Source: a virus (taxonomy: Duplodnaviria > Caudoviricetes). Taken from it: 64,000 bases of DNA. Below are positions 9,441 to 18,772 of the stretch, piece after piece. Position 1 is the stretch's first letter, and each line of letters begins with the position of its first letter. A program made the translations under genes and the position numbers. The stretch lies in the IMG/VR virus record IMGVR_UViG_3300038673_000510, positions 1 through 64,000 of that record. One strand, 5' to 3'. The notes beneath the pieces were generated by a model. It saw only the letters and a list, made by a program, of their open reading frames with translations. It was not told the DNA's origin and searched no databases.

Positions 9441-9986
9441 ATGATATGTGAAAATTGTGGAATAGAACATAATGGTTCTTATGGTAGTGGAAGATTTTGT
9501 TCACAAAAGTGTGCGAGGGGATTTAGTACTAAATTTAATAGAAAAGAAACAAGTAAAAAGGTTTCATTAAAATTAAGTGGTGGTAAACAAAAAAATAAAT
9601 GCTTATATTGTGATACTATAGTAAAGAAAAATAGACATAAATTTTGTGGAAGAGAATGTGCTTTTAAATATAAAAAAGAGCAATATATAAGAAATTTAGA
9701 ACACAAGCAAGTATTTTCTTCACAAGGAAACGCAAGAACATATTTACTTTATAAAAATGGTAATAAGTGTGAAATTTGTGGAACAGAAGTATGGAATGGA
9801 AAGCCAGTTCCACTTGTAATGGATCATATTGATGGTAACTCTGATAATCATTCTTTTAATAATTGCCGATTAATTTGTAGAAATTGTGACGGACAATTAG
9901 ATACTTATTCTGGTAGAAATATTGGAAAAGGTAGAAAAACAAAAAGAATGATTAAGTTTAAAAAATATAATGGAGAATTAGTTTAA
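9441..9986 (+). CDS. HNH homing endonuclease with Zn-finger repeats
   Basis: CENC..GSGRFCS..C; CEICG, MDHIDGNSDN, CRNCD. Confidence 0.9.
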   Translation: MICENCGIEHNGSYGSGRFCSQKCARGFSTKFNRKETSKKVSLKLSGGKQKNKCLYCDTIVKKNRHKFCGRECAFKYKKEQYIRNLEHKQVFSSQGNARTYLLYKNGNKCEICGTEVWNGKPVPLVMDHIDGNSDNHSFNNCRLICRNCDGQLDTYSGRNIGKGRKTKRMIKFKKYNGELV

Positions 9987-10042
9987 TAGTAAAACGATAG
10001 CCTGTCACGTTATTGTCAGGGGAGCATAACCCCTATTCTCCG
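9972..10042 (+). tRNA. tRNA-Asp(GTC), atypical T-loop AGCATAA
   Basis: GGAGAAT/ATTCTCC; ATAGC-CTGTCAC-GTTAT. Confidence 0.85.
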
Positions 10043-10172
10043 CAGTCGTCGATTGGTGACGATACGACATAAAATAAAAATCTCGTCTATCGTATAACCA
10101 GAAGGAGTGCGATATAAAATTATGTAACTCCTTTTGCTTGTTGGTAACTCAATGTATCAAAAGTTGCATTAT

Positions 10173-10247
10173 GCGGGATTGGTGTTTAACGGATTAGCAC
10201 AGCGTCCTTCCAAGTCGAAAGTAAGGGTTCGAATCCCTTATCCCGCT
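10173..10247 (+). tRNA. tRNA-Gly(TCC)
   Basis: GCGGGAT/ATCCCGC, CTTCCAA loop, U73. Confidence 0.9.
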
Positions 10248-10337
10248 CATAGTCTTGATACTTAGTTTAAAAAAATGCAAATGTCTCATGAGACTTTGAG
10301 TTGTTGACAGAGCCTCAACAGTATCAATACTTAATAT

Positions 10338-10410
10338 GGGGAAGTAGCTCAACCGGGAGAGCAACTGCTTTGCAAGCAGTAGGTCGAGGGTTCGATTCCC
10401 TTCTTCTCCA
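10338..10410 (+). tRNA. tRNA-Ala(TGC)
   Basis: G3:U70, ACTGC-TTTGCAA-GCAGT. Confidence 0.95.
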
Positions 10411-10580
10411 AATAAAAACTATATTTTAACATAAAGTCCCCGTACAAGGATGAGTGAGGAATATAAGTTTTTAATTCTTTCTGAAAACGTAGAAGCGGAT
10501 GGATAAATTTCACAAGAGGCCATCAACGTTGTGAACATAGTGAGGAAAGAATGTTTTTGCAATTATAAAAACAATAATTT

Positions 10581-10630
10581 TATAAGGGTTGACAAAAATA
10601 AAAATATATACTATAATAATAGTATAAGTA
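10581..10630 (+). promoter_or_regulatory. strong sigma70 early promoter
   Basis: TTGACA 10589, TATAAT 10612. Confidence 0.9.
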
Positions 10631-10663
10631 ACAAAAAAGAAATGTAATATGGAAGTAATTTTC

Positions 10664-10737
10664 GGCGTTATCGTTCAATTGGTTAGGACACCGCCGTGTT
10701 GAGGCTGGAGATTGAGGTTCAAGTCCTTGTGATTCCG
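10664..10737 (+). tRNA. atypical tRNA-Asn(GTT) or pseudo-tRNA
   Basis: D and T arms normal; CCGCC-GTGTTGA-GGCTGG with bulge; mismatched acceptor. Confidence 0.55.
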
Positions 10738-10752
10738 ATAGTAGTAAATTAT

Positions 10753-10825
10753 AGCCCGTTGGCGCAGTGGTTAGCGCATCTGACTTTGACTCAGATATTC
10801 AGTGGTTCAAATCCACTACGGGCCG
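10753..10825 (+). tRNA. tRNA-Gln(TTG)
   Basis: TCTGA-CTTTGAC-TCAGA; unpaired 1:72, G73. Confidence 0.9.
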
Positions 10826-10971
10826 CATGGAGATAATATGAATATTAAGAAATGGTTATGGAATTATATTGATCGACAAATTCAAAAAGCAATGGAAGAA
10901 GGATTACGAAATGCAAGACCAACGGCGTCAACAAAATATAACATTCTGTAATAATAAATGAAAATAAATAA

Positions 10972-11196
10972 AGAATTGGTGCAGCAAACTTACAAAAAAT
11001 TTATTGGAAAATTTTAAAATCAATTCTGTTTTATTAATAAAGTACTTAATAGTAAGGGATGATTACAGCAAAATTAACCATTTGACCCTTAATCAAAAAA
11101 CAACATATCATCCTGTCGCAAATTAAAGACAAAGAATCGTTTCCGCAAACTTAAAAGAATACAACTGTTAATTGTAAAAATCTAAAAGCGATTCTG
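10972..11196 (+). ncRNA. three tandem structured RNA units (closing stem, C(A/C)GCAAA, anticodon-like hairpin, CTG)
   Basis: Units 10972-11028, 11055-11115, 11133-11196 with covarying closing stems. Confidence 0.7.
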
Positions 11197-11222
11197 AATT
11201 AATTATAAAAAAGGAAAAAACA

Positions 11223-12626
11223 ATGAACGGATTAGTTAGAGCAATCAACTCAAATGAAAGAACTGAAAATGGAATGGTAACAAATGCTTCTTCTCTGAGT
11301 GCATGTGTTGATCTTTTTTTCACTGCTGGCGCAAAAAGAGGAAAAGATATTATACCAAATTTTTCAAAGGCTATGATTGAAAATCCTGAAGTTGCTACTC
11401 GTATTGCATTATGGGCACGTGATGTTCGTGGTGGTGCAGGAGAACGTCAGATTTTTAGAGATATTCTGAAGTATCTGATTGAAAATACCTCGCAGGCTCG
11501 TGTTGAATCTGTTGCACGTAAAATACCTGAGCTTGGGAGATGGGACGATCTTTTTGTTCTAATGGACACTCCAATGGAACATATCGTATATGATATTCTC
11601 GCAGAAGGAATCACTAATCCAGATACTTGTGGACTTGTTTGTAAGTGGCTGCCTCGTAAAGGTCCAATTGCTAATAAACTAAGAAAATGGATGAAGTGTT
11701 CTCCAAAAGAATATAGACAGTTTCTTGTAGCAAACACAAAAGTTGTTGAACAGTCTATGTGTGCAAAAGAATGGTCAGATATTAAGTATGCGAGCATTCC
11801 ATCACTTGCGCACTCAAGATATATGAAAGCTTTCTGGAGAAATGATGCAGAAAGATATGGTGCTTATGTTGAATCACTGAAGAAAGGTGAAACAAAAATC
11901 AATGCCAGTGCAGTATATCCTTATGATATTACTAAGGCTCTAAAGTATGGTGATAAGCATGTAGCCAATGAGCAGTGGAAAGCACTTCCTGATTATTGTG
12001 CTGATAGCAAAGAAAGAATTATTCCTATAGTAGATGTAAGTGGTTCAATGTGTTTACCAGCTGGTGGTAATAAGAATGTACGTTGTCTTGACGTTGCTCT
12101 TTCACTGGGACTATATCTGTCTGAAAGACTAAAGGGTGAATTCAACAATTACTTTATTACATTTTCAGATAATCCACAGCTTGTTCATGTAACTGGTACT
12201 CTTTCAAACAGACTTGAACAGATGGAACAGTCAAACTGGGGAATGAGTACAAATCTTGAATCTGTATTTAAGTTAATTCTTAGTTCGGCGCTAAAGAATA
12301 ATGTATCAGCAGACGAAATGCCAACTGTGCTTTTAATTCTTTCTGATATGGAATTTAATCGTTGTTGTGGTGATCCAAGTGATAGCGCAATGCGAATGAT
12401 TCAGAAGAAATATGAAGCAGCTGGATATGTTGTTCCTAAAGTTGTGTTTTGGAATATTCAGTCTCGTAGTAATAAGAATGTTCCAGTAGAATATAATGCA
12501 AAAGGAACGGCACTTGTTTCTGGATTCTCTCCTTCTATTATGACTTCTATACTTAAGAATGTAGAGAATCTTACACCAGAACGTATTATGTTTGAAACTA
12601 TCAACAACGATAGATATAACTTTTAA
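11223..12626 (+). CDS. TROVE/Ro60-like protein with vWA domain (DUF2828 type)
   Basis: RTENG, WARDVRGGAGER, GRWDDL, KWLPR, MIDAS DVSGSM, ILSDMEF, FWN, VSGFSP. Confidence 0.9.
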   Translation: MNGLVRAINSNERTENGMVTNASSLSACVDLFFTAGAKRGKDIIPNFSKAMIENPEVATRIALWARDVRGGAGERQIFRDILKYLIENTSQARVESVARKIPELGRWDDLFVLMDTPMEHIVYDILAEGITNPDTCGLVCKWLPRKGPIANKLRKWMKCSPKEYRQFLVANTKVVEQSMCAKEWSDIKYASIPSLAHSRYMKAFWRNDAERYGAYVESLKKGETKINASAVYPYDITKALKYGDKHVANEQWKALPDYCADSKERIIPIVDVSGSMCLPAGGNKNVRCLDVALSLGLYLSERLKGEFNNYFITFSDNPQLVHVTGTLSNRLEQMEQSNWGMSTNLESVFKLILSSALKNNVSADEMPTVLLILSDMEFNRCCGDPSDSAMRMIQKKYEAAGYVVPKVVFWNIQSRSNKNVPVEYNAKGTALVSGFSPSIMTSILKNVENLTPERIMFETINNDRYNF

Positions 12627-12632
12627 AAATAA

Positions 12633-12798
12633 AGAATACTTTCAGCAAACCATAAAAACACTACAATTATGGTGAGTCTCCGGTGCAAGTTACTGTTGAT
12701 ATTTGCAGTAACGTAACCGGAGAGCTGTATTCCGAAGATACAGTAAACAAAAAATAAATATCTTGGCGTATTACCAATCTAAAAATACAATGATTCTG
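12633..12798 (+). ncRNA. longer fourth structured RNA unit downstream of TROVE gene
   Basis: AGAATACTTTCAGCAAAC start, ATTCTG end, several internal hairpins. Confidence 0.6.
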
Positions 12799-12817
12799 TT
12801 TTTTAAAAGTAACTTAC

Positions 12818-12880
12818 AGGGGATTAGTAGAATAGTAGTCTCCAAAACTGAAGACGAGGGAGCGTTACCTTCATCCCCTG
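12818..12880 (+). tRNA. tRNA-Trp(CCA) lacking most of the D-arm; T-loop AGCGTTA
   Basis: AGGGGAT/ATCCCCT, TAGT-CTCCAAA-ACTG, G73; only 63 nt. Confidence 0.7.
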
Positions 12881-12945
12881 CATTGCATCCTTATTTTGAA
12901 CCTTTAGCGTATAATAAAATATACATACAAAATGAGGTTCAAAAT

Positions 12946-13506
12946 ATGAAATGTGAATATTGTAATAAAGAGCACGATGGTGCTTATGCAAGTGGAAGAT
13001 TTTGTTCGAAAGAATGTGCAAGAGGATTTTCTTCACGTGAAAAACGAAAAGAAATAAATATTAAGGTTAGTAAAACTTTAACAAAAAATAAAAAATGGTC
13101 ATTAAAACAACTTGAACCTAAGTCATGTTTAAATTGTGGGGCAACAATTAAAAATGCTCGTATTTATTGTAGTAATCAATGTCAACAAGATTATAGAAAA
13201 AAACAATATACTTTATCGGTTGAAAAAAATGGAAAATTTCCAAATCTTACTTCTGACTCAGGTGCTCGTGTAAGATTAGTAAAAAGATATTTAATAGAAA
13301 AAAATGGTCATAAATGTTCTATATGCGGTGGAACAAAATGGTTTAATAACTTAATGCCATTATGGGTCGATCATATTGATGGTCAAGGCGATAATTGGGA
13401 AATAAGTAATATAAGATTAGTATGTCCTAATTGTGACTTTTTTTCTTCTACTTATTGTGGTAGAAATAAAGGTAAAGGTCGTCGTAATCCATATAAGCGT
13501 CTTTAG
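12946..13506 (+). CDS. HNH homing endonuclease with Zn-finger repeats
   Basis: MKCEYC..SGRFCSKEC, CSICG, VDHIDGQGDN, CPNCD; GAGG RBS. Confidence 0.9.
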   Translation: MKCEYCNKEHDGAYASGRFCSKECARGFSSREKRKEINIKVSKTLTKNKKWSLKQLEPKSCLNCGATIKNARIYCSNQCQQDYRKKQYTLSVEKNGKFPNLTSDSGARVRLVKRYLIEKNGHKCSICGGTKWFNNLMPLWVDHIDGQGDNWEISNIRLVCPNCDFFSSTYCGRNKGKGRRNPYKRL

Positions 13507-13568
13507 CTCAGAAGCAGAGCACATCCCTCATAAGGATTAGGTGATAGGGGCAGTACCTATAAGACGCA
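13497..13568 (+). tRNA. tRNA-Met/Ile2(CAT), T-loop GGCAGTA
   Basis: GCGTCTT/AAGACGC; ATCC-CTCATAA-GGAT. Confidence 0.85.
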
Positions 13569-13588
13569 CATTACAAAGGAAAATAAAA

Positions 13589-13954
13589 ATGAATAATCGT
13601 CAGCACGATATTTTTGAAATTAAAAATACAATTACAAAAATGATTGCAGAATTTAATGAAAAACATAAAGACGAACCATATCTGCTTGAAAATATTTTTG
13701 TAATAAAAAGAAAATACAACCCCAATTATGATAATGATAAAACATGCATTTGTGGGCATCCATATCATAGACATTTTGATTCGTATGAAAATATGGAAGC
13801 AGTAGGATGTAAATATTGCGGTTGTAATAATTTTGAAGAAATAACCGAAGAAGAATTACGAGAATTTGAAACAATGGAAAATGAATTTTATTGTGATTAT
13901 AACTGTGATGATTGCGATTATCAATATGATGATTGTATTAAAGGTATGTTATGA
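13589..13954 (+). CDS. Cys/His-rich hypothetical protein
   Basis: CICGHPYHRHFD...CKYCGC. Confidence 0.7.
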   Translation: MNNRQHDIFEIKNTITKMIAEFNEKHKDEPYLLENIFVIKRKYNPNYDNDKTCICGHPYHRHFDSYENMEAVGCKYCGCNNFEEITEEELREFETMENEFYCDYNCDDCDYQYDDCIKGML

Positions 13955-14101
13955 TTATAGATCAGATAGAGTTAAAACATTTACAGAAGTATACTGCATT
14001 TGTTTTACATTATTATAGTGATTTAAGGAAACAAAAAATTTAAAGGTACAGAAAAAATTCGTTTTTATAAAAAATTGAAATAGTAATATAAAGGAGATAA
14101 T

Positions 14102-14611
14102 ATGTTTATAGCTGATGTAGTAATCGGATTGCTTGTGTCATTAGTGGTTGGATTAATTTTTACTCTGTTTTGTATTCCATATTTTACTTGGAAAGATATT
14201 GATAATCCATTCGCGGAAACAAAATGGTATGCACCAATTATTGCAATAATTATTATTACTTGTATAGTTGGTGGAGTATTTACCACCTACTTCAGTAAAA
14301 CCGAAGAACTTGAAAAACTAAGAGTAAGTGCAAATTATAACGTTCAGAATATTTTGACACTTGCAAATAATCTTAATGAAAAAGCAGTTGTAAAAACAAC
14401 AAACAATGAAATTATTGTTGATGTGGCAAATTTTTCACAGAGTACAATTACATCAGACGTATATAAACAGTATGTTGTTGCAATAAATACTTACAATGCA
14501 ACTCTTGCGGAATTTAAAGTAAGATGTAAGCCTGGACTCATTTACAGAATATATTATGGAGTTTATCCTGATCTTCCAGAAGATCTTAAGTATATAAAAA
14601 TTACTCTTTAA
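14102..14611 (+). CDS. membrane protein (2 TM)
   Basis: Hydrophobic N-terminal segments, AGGAG RBS. Confidence 0.7.
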   Translation: MFIADVVIGLLVSLVVGLIFTLFCIPYFTWKDIDNPFAETKWYAPIIAIIIITCIVGGVFTTYFSKTEELEKLRVSANYNVQNILTLANNLNEKAVVKTTNNEIIVDVANFSQSTITSDVYKQYVVAINTYNATLAEFKVRCKPGLIYRIYYGVYPDLPEDLKYIKITL

Positions 14612-14621
14612 TGGGTATTAA

Positions 14622-14944
14622 GGGTACGAAAGGTTTCGATTGTATTAGTGATTTATAATAAGCATGCAGTGTAGAGTAGACACTATAAAGAACTCAAATA
14701 ATTTAAATGCAAACGATTTTACACCTGCAAGGATGGCTGCTTAAGCCACTTGCTCAGAGTCTAAGAGTACTTTGTTAAATAAACTCTTTTGTTGTAAATA
14801 GTCTGTCATTCCTATTCAAAGAATGTCTGGTGGAGACAAACAAAGTTCGAAAAAAGATGTAAGAGTGGTTTACTATAAAACCTAAGCATGTAGAAAGTTA
14901 TAAGTTAGTAATATAAGACGCGGGTTCGAATCCCGCCGTATCCA
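14622..14944 (+). ncRNA. ssrA: tmRNA; tag (A)NDFTPARMAA at 14709-14744
   Basis: GGGTACG/CGTATCC acceptor with G3:U70, GGTTTCGA, GCATG helix, PK1, resume GCA after ATTTAAAT, GACGCGGGTTCGAATCCCGC T arm. Confidence 0.95.
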
Positions 14945-15198
14945 ATTGGAGGATAATATGTACGAAGAGATTAAACGATTTGAGTATAAAATTTTGTGCA
15001 AACGCTTTAACAAAAAAATTAAAGAAATAACGCTCGATGATATTTTCAATAGTCATTATACAAGATTACAAGTTTTAAAAAAAGATATGACATTTGAAGA
15101 ATGTGTCGATCAATTCAAAAAATGGAATTATAGGGTAATATAATATGAAATATGTTTATAAGAGAGGTTATGTTTAACTACTAATTAAGAGGTTAAAC

Positions 15199-15417
15199 AT
15201 GAAAAGAGATACATTTAAATTTATTAAAGAATATGGTGAAATTGAAGATTATAAACAATTCGCAGATATTCCTAAAAAAATTGGAAGTATTAAAGCTGTA
15301 AAAATCGATCAACTTCTTTCTTGTACTTATTGTTCCCCTCATCGTGGTGATAATTGGCGAAGGAAGATAAGACGCAATTGGAAAAAATATAGAAAAGCGC
15401 AATACAAATGGATATAA
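15199..15417 (+). CDS. small basic hypothetical protein
   Basis: GAGG RBS; CTYCSPHRGDN. Confidence 0.6.
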   Translation: MKRDTFKFIKEYGEIEDYKQFADIPKKIGSIKAVKIDQLLSCTYCSPHRGDNWRRKIRRNWKKYRKAQYKWI

Positions 15418-15560
15418 TAAAATGAAAGATTTACTTGAAACAATTAGCTTGATTGTGTTAATATTATTCATTGTATTAATGTGTAAATGGTGTGATAATT
15501 CGTCTGTTGGAATTTATGGCAATGCACGTAGCATGTGGATAGGAGATAAACAGTAGTTCA

Positions 15561-15631
15561 GACTCAGTGTCCGAGAGGCAAGGTAGTGACCTGCAAAGTC
15601 ACGTACACTGGTTCAAATCCAGTCTGAGTCT
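15561..15631 (+). tRNA. tRNA-Cys(GCA)
   Basis: GTGAC-CTGCAAA-GTCAC, U73. Confidence 0.95.
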
Positions 15632-15711
15632 CATAACCAATATTTTAATATTGGGCAAAGGCCATCAGTTTAACTTTAAAAGTAAACATTAATAATATTT
15701 GATGGCCTTCA

Positions 15712-15785
15712 GCTCGGTGCGCATAACGGCTGGTGCACTTCTCTTACAAAGAAGCATTAACAAGGTTCGACTCCTTGACCGAGCA
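15712..15785 (+). tRNA. tRNA-Val(TAC)
   Basis: CTTCT-CTTACAA-AGAAG. Confidence 0.9.
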
Positions 15786-15789
15786 TATT

Positions 15790-15866
15790 CTCGTCTTAGC
15801 TCAATGGATAGAGCACTTGGCTACGAACCAAGGTTATTTGTACAGGTTCGACTCCTGTAGACGAGG
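15790..15866 (+). tRNA. tRNA-Arg(ACG)
   Basis: CTTGG-CTACGAA-CCAAG. Confidence 0.9.
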
Positions 15867-15889
15867 CATAGAGGCATAGAGGAAAAAAA

Positions 15890-17527
15890 ATGACAACAAA
15901 AATTTTATTTGTAGGCGATATTCATGGAGAATTTCGTCGATTTAGTGATTTAATAAATTTACAAGAACCGGATATTACAATTCAACTTGGAGACAATGCT
16001 TACTTTTGGTTAAATGACGTTGCTTATGGGAAAATTAATCCAGGAAAAAGTAAGGTATATCTACTTCCAGGGAATCATGAATGTGTTTGTAAAGATACAG
16101 AATTGTTAACTAAAAATGGTTGGGTAAAAAGTAGTAATATTTCTAAAAGCGATGAAATAGCTCAATTCAATAAAGAAACCGGGGAAATCTCTTTTACTTT
16201 TCCAAAAAGACTTGAGTGTCATTATGAAAAGCAACTCGTTGAAATTGAATCAAGCAAAATTAAGCAAAGAATCACATTTAATCATCATCTTGTTATTAAT
16301 AATAAATTTGAATATGCGAAAGATATATTAGATAAAGATATATTTCAGAATGATTTTAGATTATATGGTTCATTAAACAACATTGATTATGATATATCTG
16401 ATGATATGTTAAGATTGCTTGTGTGGGTAATATGTGACAGTACAATAGTTAAAACATCAGAAAACAAAAAAAGAATACAGTTTAAACTTAGCAAAGAAAG
16501 AAAAATAAAAACACTAATACAAATACTTGAAAAATTAAACATTGAATATACTTTTAGAAAAGCTACAAAAAGTATAAGTAACATATTGCAACCATATTAT
16601 ATACGTATATATGGAGAACATGCGCGAAATATTTTTAATATACTAAATGAGAAAAAACAATTTCCAGGTTGGATAAAAAATATTAGTGAAAGACAATTAC
16701 AAATTGTTTTAAATGAATTATTAATTACTGATGGCTCTCGTAATGGAGATACCTTAACTTTTTCTACTACCAATAAATACGACGCTGATATCATTCATGA
16801 GTTATGTATTATGAATAAAAGAGTGTGTCATATTGTAGAACAACAGCCTAATAAAAAATCATTTGGTAAAAAGATATTTTATAGATTGCACATTTATTTA
16901 AAAGAACGAAAGCCGATTAATAATTTAAAAATAAAATCAAAGGTTATAGAATACAATGATTATGTATATTGTGTGACAATGCCTCTCGGAACAATTATTA
17001 CAAGATTAAATGGTAAAAGTAACTTTACTGGCAATTGTTGGGATACTTTTGAAGATGTTATTGGCAGAAGAGGATTAGTTCCAATTGAAGTAGAGCAAAA
17101 TTTATTTTTATGTCCAATTGGTTCTTCAATAAATTTAGATGGATATAAATTTCTTTTTCTTGGCGGAGCAGATAGTATAGATAAAGATCGAAGGATTATT
17201 GGTCATTCTTGGTTTAGACAGGAGTTGTTTAATGAAGGTGACTATGAATTTGTTTCAAAGAACATAAAGGAAGCAGATATAATTTGTTCTCACACAAGCC
17301 CAAAAGCATTTGACGAAGGAATAATAAAATATCTTCCCATATATGAGAAGTTAAAAGATCCTTCAAGAGAATGGTTGAATTATATTTTGCATGATTTAAA
17401 ACCTAAAGCTTGGTTCTTTGGACACTGGCATCAACACATGACTGGAGAGTACAATGGTACTCAATGGGAATGTTTAGATCATATAAGAAGTTATACACCA
17501 TTTTTTAATGTCTTTGAGATTTCTTAA
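15890..17527 (+). CDS. calcineurin-like metallophosphoesterase containing an intein
   Basis: GDIHG, LGD, GNHE, SHTSP, FGHWH. Confidence 0.9.
   Translation: MTTKILFVGDIHGEFRRFSDLINLQEPDITIQLGDNAYFWLNDVAYGKINPGKSKVYLLPGNHECVCKDTELLTKNGWVKSSNISKSDEIAQFNKETGEISFTFPKRLECHYEKQLVEIESSKIKQRITFNHHLVINNKFEYAKDILDKDIFQNDFRLYGSLNNIDYDISDDMLRLLVWVICDSTIVKTSENKKRIQFKLSKERKIKTLIQILEKLNIEYTFRKATKSISNILQPYYIRIYGEHARNIFNILNEKKQFPGWIKNISERQLQIVLNELLITDGSRNGDTLTFSTTNKYDADIIHELCIMNKRVCHIVEQQPNKKSFGKKIFYRLHIYLKERKPINNLKIKSKVIEYNDYVYCVTMPLGTIITRLNGKSNFTGNCWDTFEDVIGRRGLVPIEVEQNLFLCPIGSSINLDGYKFLFLGGADSIDKDRRIIGHSWFRQELFNEGDYEFVSKNIKEADIICSHTSPKAFDEGIIKYLPIYEKLKDPSREWLNYILHDLKPKAWFFGHWHQHMTGEYNGTQWECLDHIRSYTPFFNVFEIS
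16082..17035 (+). mobile_element. intein with LAGLIDADG endonuclease (318 aa)
   Basis: GNHE|CVCKDTELLT ... TFNH ... VYCVT...TGN|CWD. Confidence 0.9.
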
Positions 17528-17538
17528 AGACATATTTT

Positions 17539-17611
17539 CTTCCTGTAGCTCAGTTGGAAGAGCAATGGATTTCTAATCCATTTGTCGGTGGTTCGAGCCC
17601 ACTCAGGAAGG
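17539..17611 (+). tRNA. tRNA-Arg(TCT)
   Basis: ATGGA-TTTCTAA-TCCAT. Confidence 0.95.
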
Positions 17612-17636
17612 CATTTAAATAACGAAGGAATAACAA

Positions 17637-18095
17637 ATGAATAAAGCTGAACGTATAGCTTATGGCGAAGATGTGGCTTATGCTTTGTATAATAGTTTAA
17701 AACGTGATTTAAAAGGTGAAGTAAGACGCTCAGATTCATATTCAGAATGGACACCTTATTTTGATTTACTTAATGGCGATATATTTATTCTTGCTAATAA
17801 AATAATTAAAATTGATGTAAAAAGAATAAATAAAAATGGTAAAGTTTTTATTTCATATAAAAGTGCAACATTGTTTAGAGGTAATTATTTTGCTTTAAGC
17901 GATTTGTTTGATGTAGAAAAAACAGTATTTATGGATGCACGAAGTATAAAAACATATATGCTTAAGGTTGAAAAGGATGGTAATTTAGAAATTCCTTTTG
18001 AGGACCCAGGTTATTATTTTGACCCTACAAAATTACATAAAGCAATTAAATATGAAAACTTTGTTAATAGGATAAATAATTTATGGATACCTTAA
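17637..18095 (+). CDS. hypothetical protein, possible PD-(D/E)XK nuclease
   Basis: GED...GDIFI...IDVKR pattern. Confidence 0.5.
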   Translation: MNKAERIAYGEDVAYALYNSLKRDLKGEVRRSDSYSEWTPYFDLLNGDIFILANKIIKIDVKRINKNGKVFISYKSATLFRGNYFALSDLFDVEKTVFMDARSIKTYMLKVEKDGNLEIPFEDPGYYFDPTKLHKAIKYENFVNRINNLWIP

Positions 18096-18340
18096 ATATT
18101 CTTTTTGGTTTAGGGCGTAAGAGACATCATACGGCAAGAATAATTAAGAAACGTAAAAAGATAGCAAAAGATAATCATTTGTATTTTAGGTATTCTGGAA
18201 TATTAAATAGACATAATTTAAGTTGTAATTGCGGATTGTGCAATGCAAAACATCCCCAGAGGATAAAGAAACCTCAGACTTCATTAAAGACAAAAGAAAA
18301 ACTTAGGACAATGAAGGAGGAAATAAATGAATTATACTAA
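18083..18340 (+). CDS. basic hypothetical protein
   Basis: ORF, CNCGLCN. Confidence 0.55.
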   Translation: MDTLNILFGLGRKRHHTARIIKKRKKIAKDNHLYFRYSGILNRHNLSCNCGLCNAKHPQRIKKPQTSLKTKEKLRTMKEEINELY

Positions 18341-18551
18341 AAAGGATTTGCTTAATATAGTTAATATGATTTATCCAGATCATGCTGAGGTACCTTTGCC
18401 GGCTTTAATTAGAGATGCTTGTGCAGATTGTTATGCAGAAACTAATATTGTTATTACTAATGAACAGAAAGCAAAACTAATAACTGCATATTTGGATTTA
18501 AAATATGTTGGATTTTTTGAATTTGAACCTAATATTGAGGAAAAAGTATGA
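18327..18551 (+). CDS. hypothetical protein
   Basis: AGGAGG RBS. Confidence 0.65.
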   Translation: MNYTKKDLLNIVNMIYPDHAEVPLPALIRDACADCYAETNIVITNEQKAKLITAYLDLKYVGFFEFEPNIEEKV

Positions 18552-18772
18552 CCAAGCAAATTACAATTCCTATGGCTCCTCCTGGAATGAAACTTAATAC
18601 GGACGGAGCAATTGTAATAAATATTATTGAAGCTTTAACAAAAACAGAAGGTATGTGTCCATGTGTTCCACGACATCTTCATACTGGACCAGATAAAGAA
18701 GATTATAAGTGTGTATGTAAGAATGCTCGTGAAAATAAAGTATGTCATTGTAATCTTTTTATAAAGGTATAA
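18548..18772 (+). CDS. ferredoxin-thioredoxin reductase catalytic subunit-like protein
   Basis: CPC, CVC, CHCNLF motif triad. Confidence 0.75.
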   Translation: MTKQITIPMAPPGMKLNTDGAIVINIIEALTKTEGMCPCVPRHLHTGPDKEDYKCVCKNARENKVCHCNLFIKV

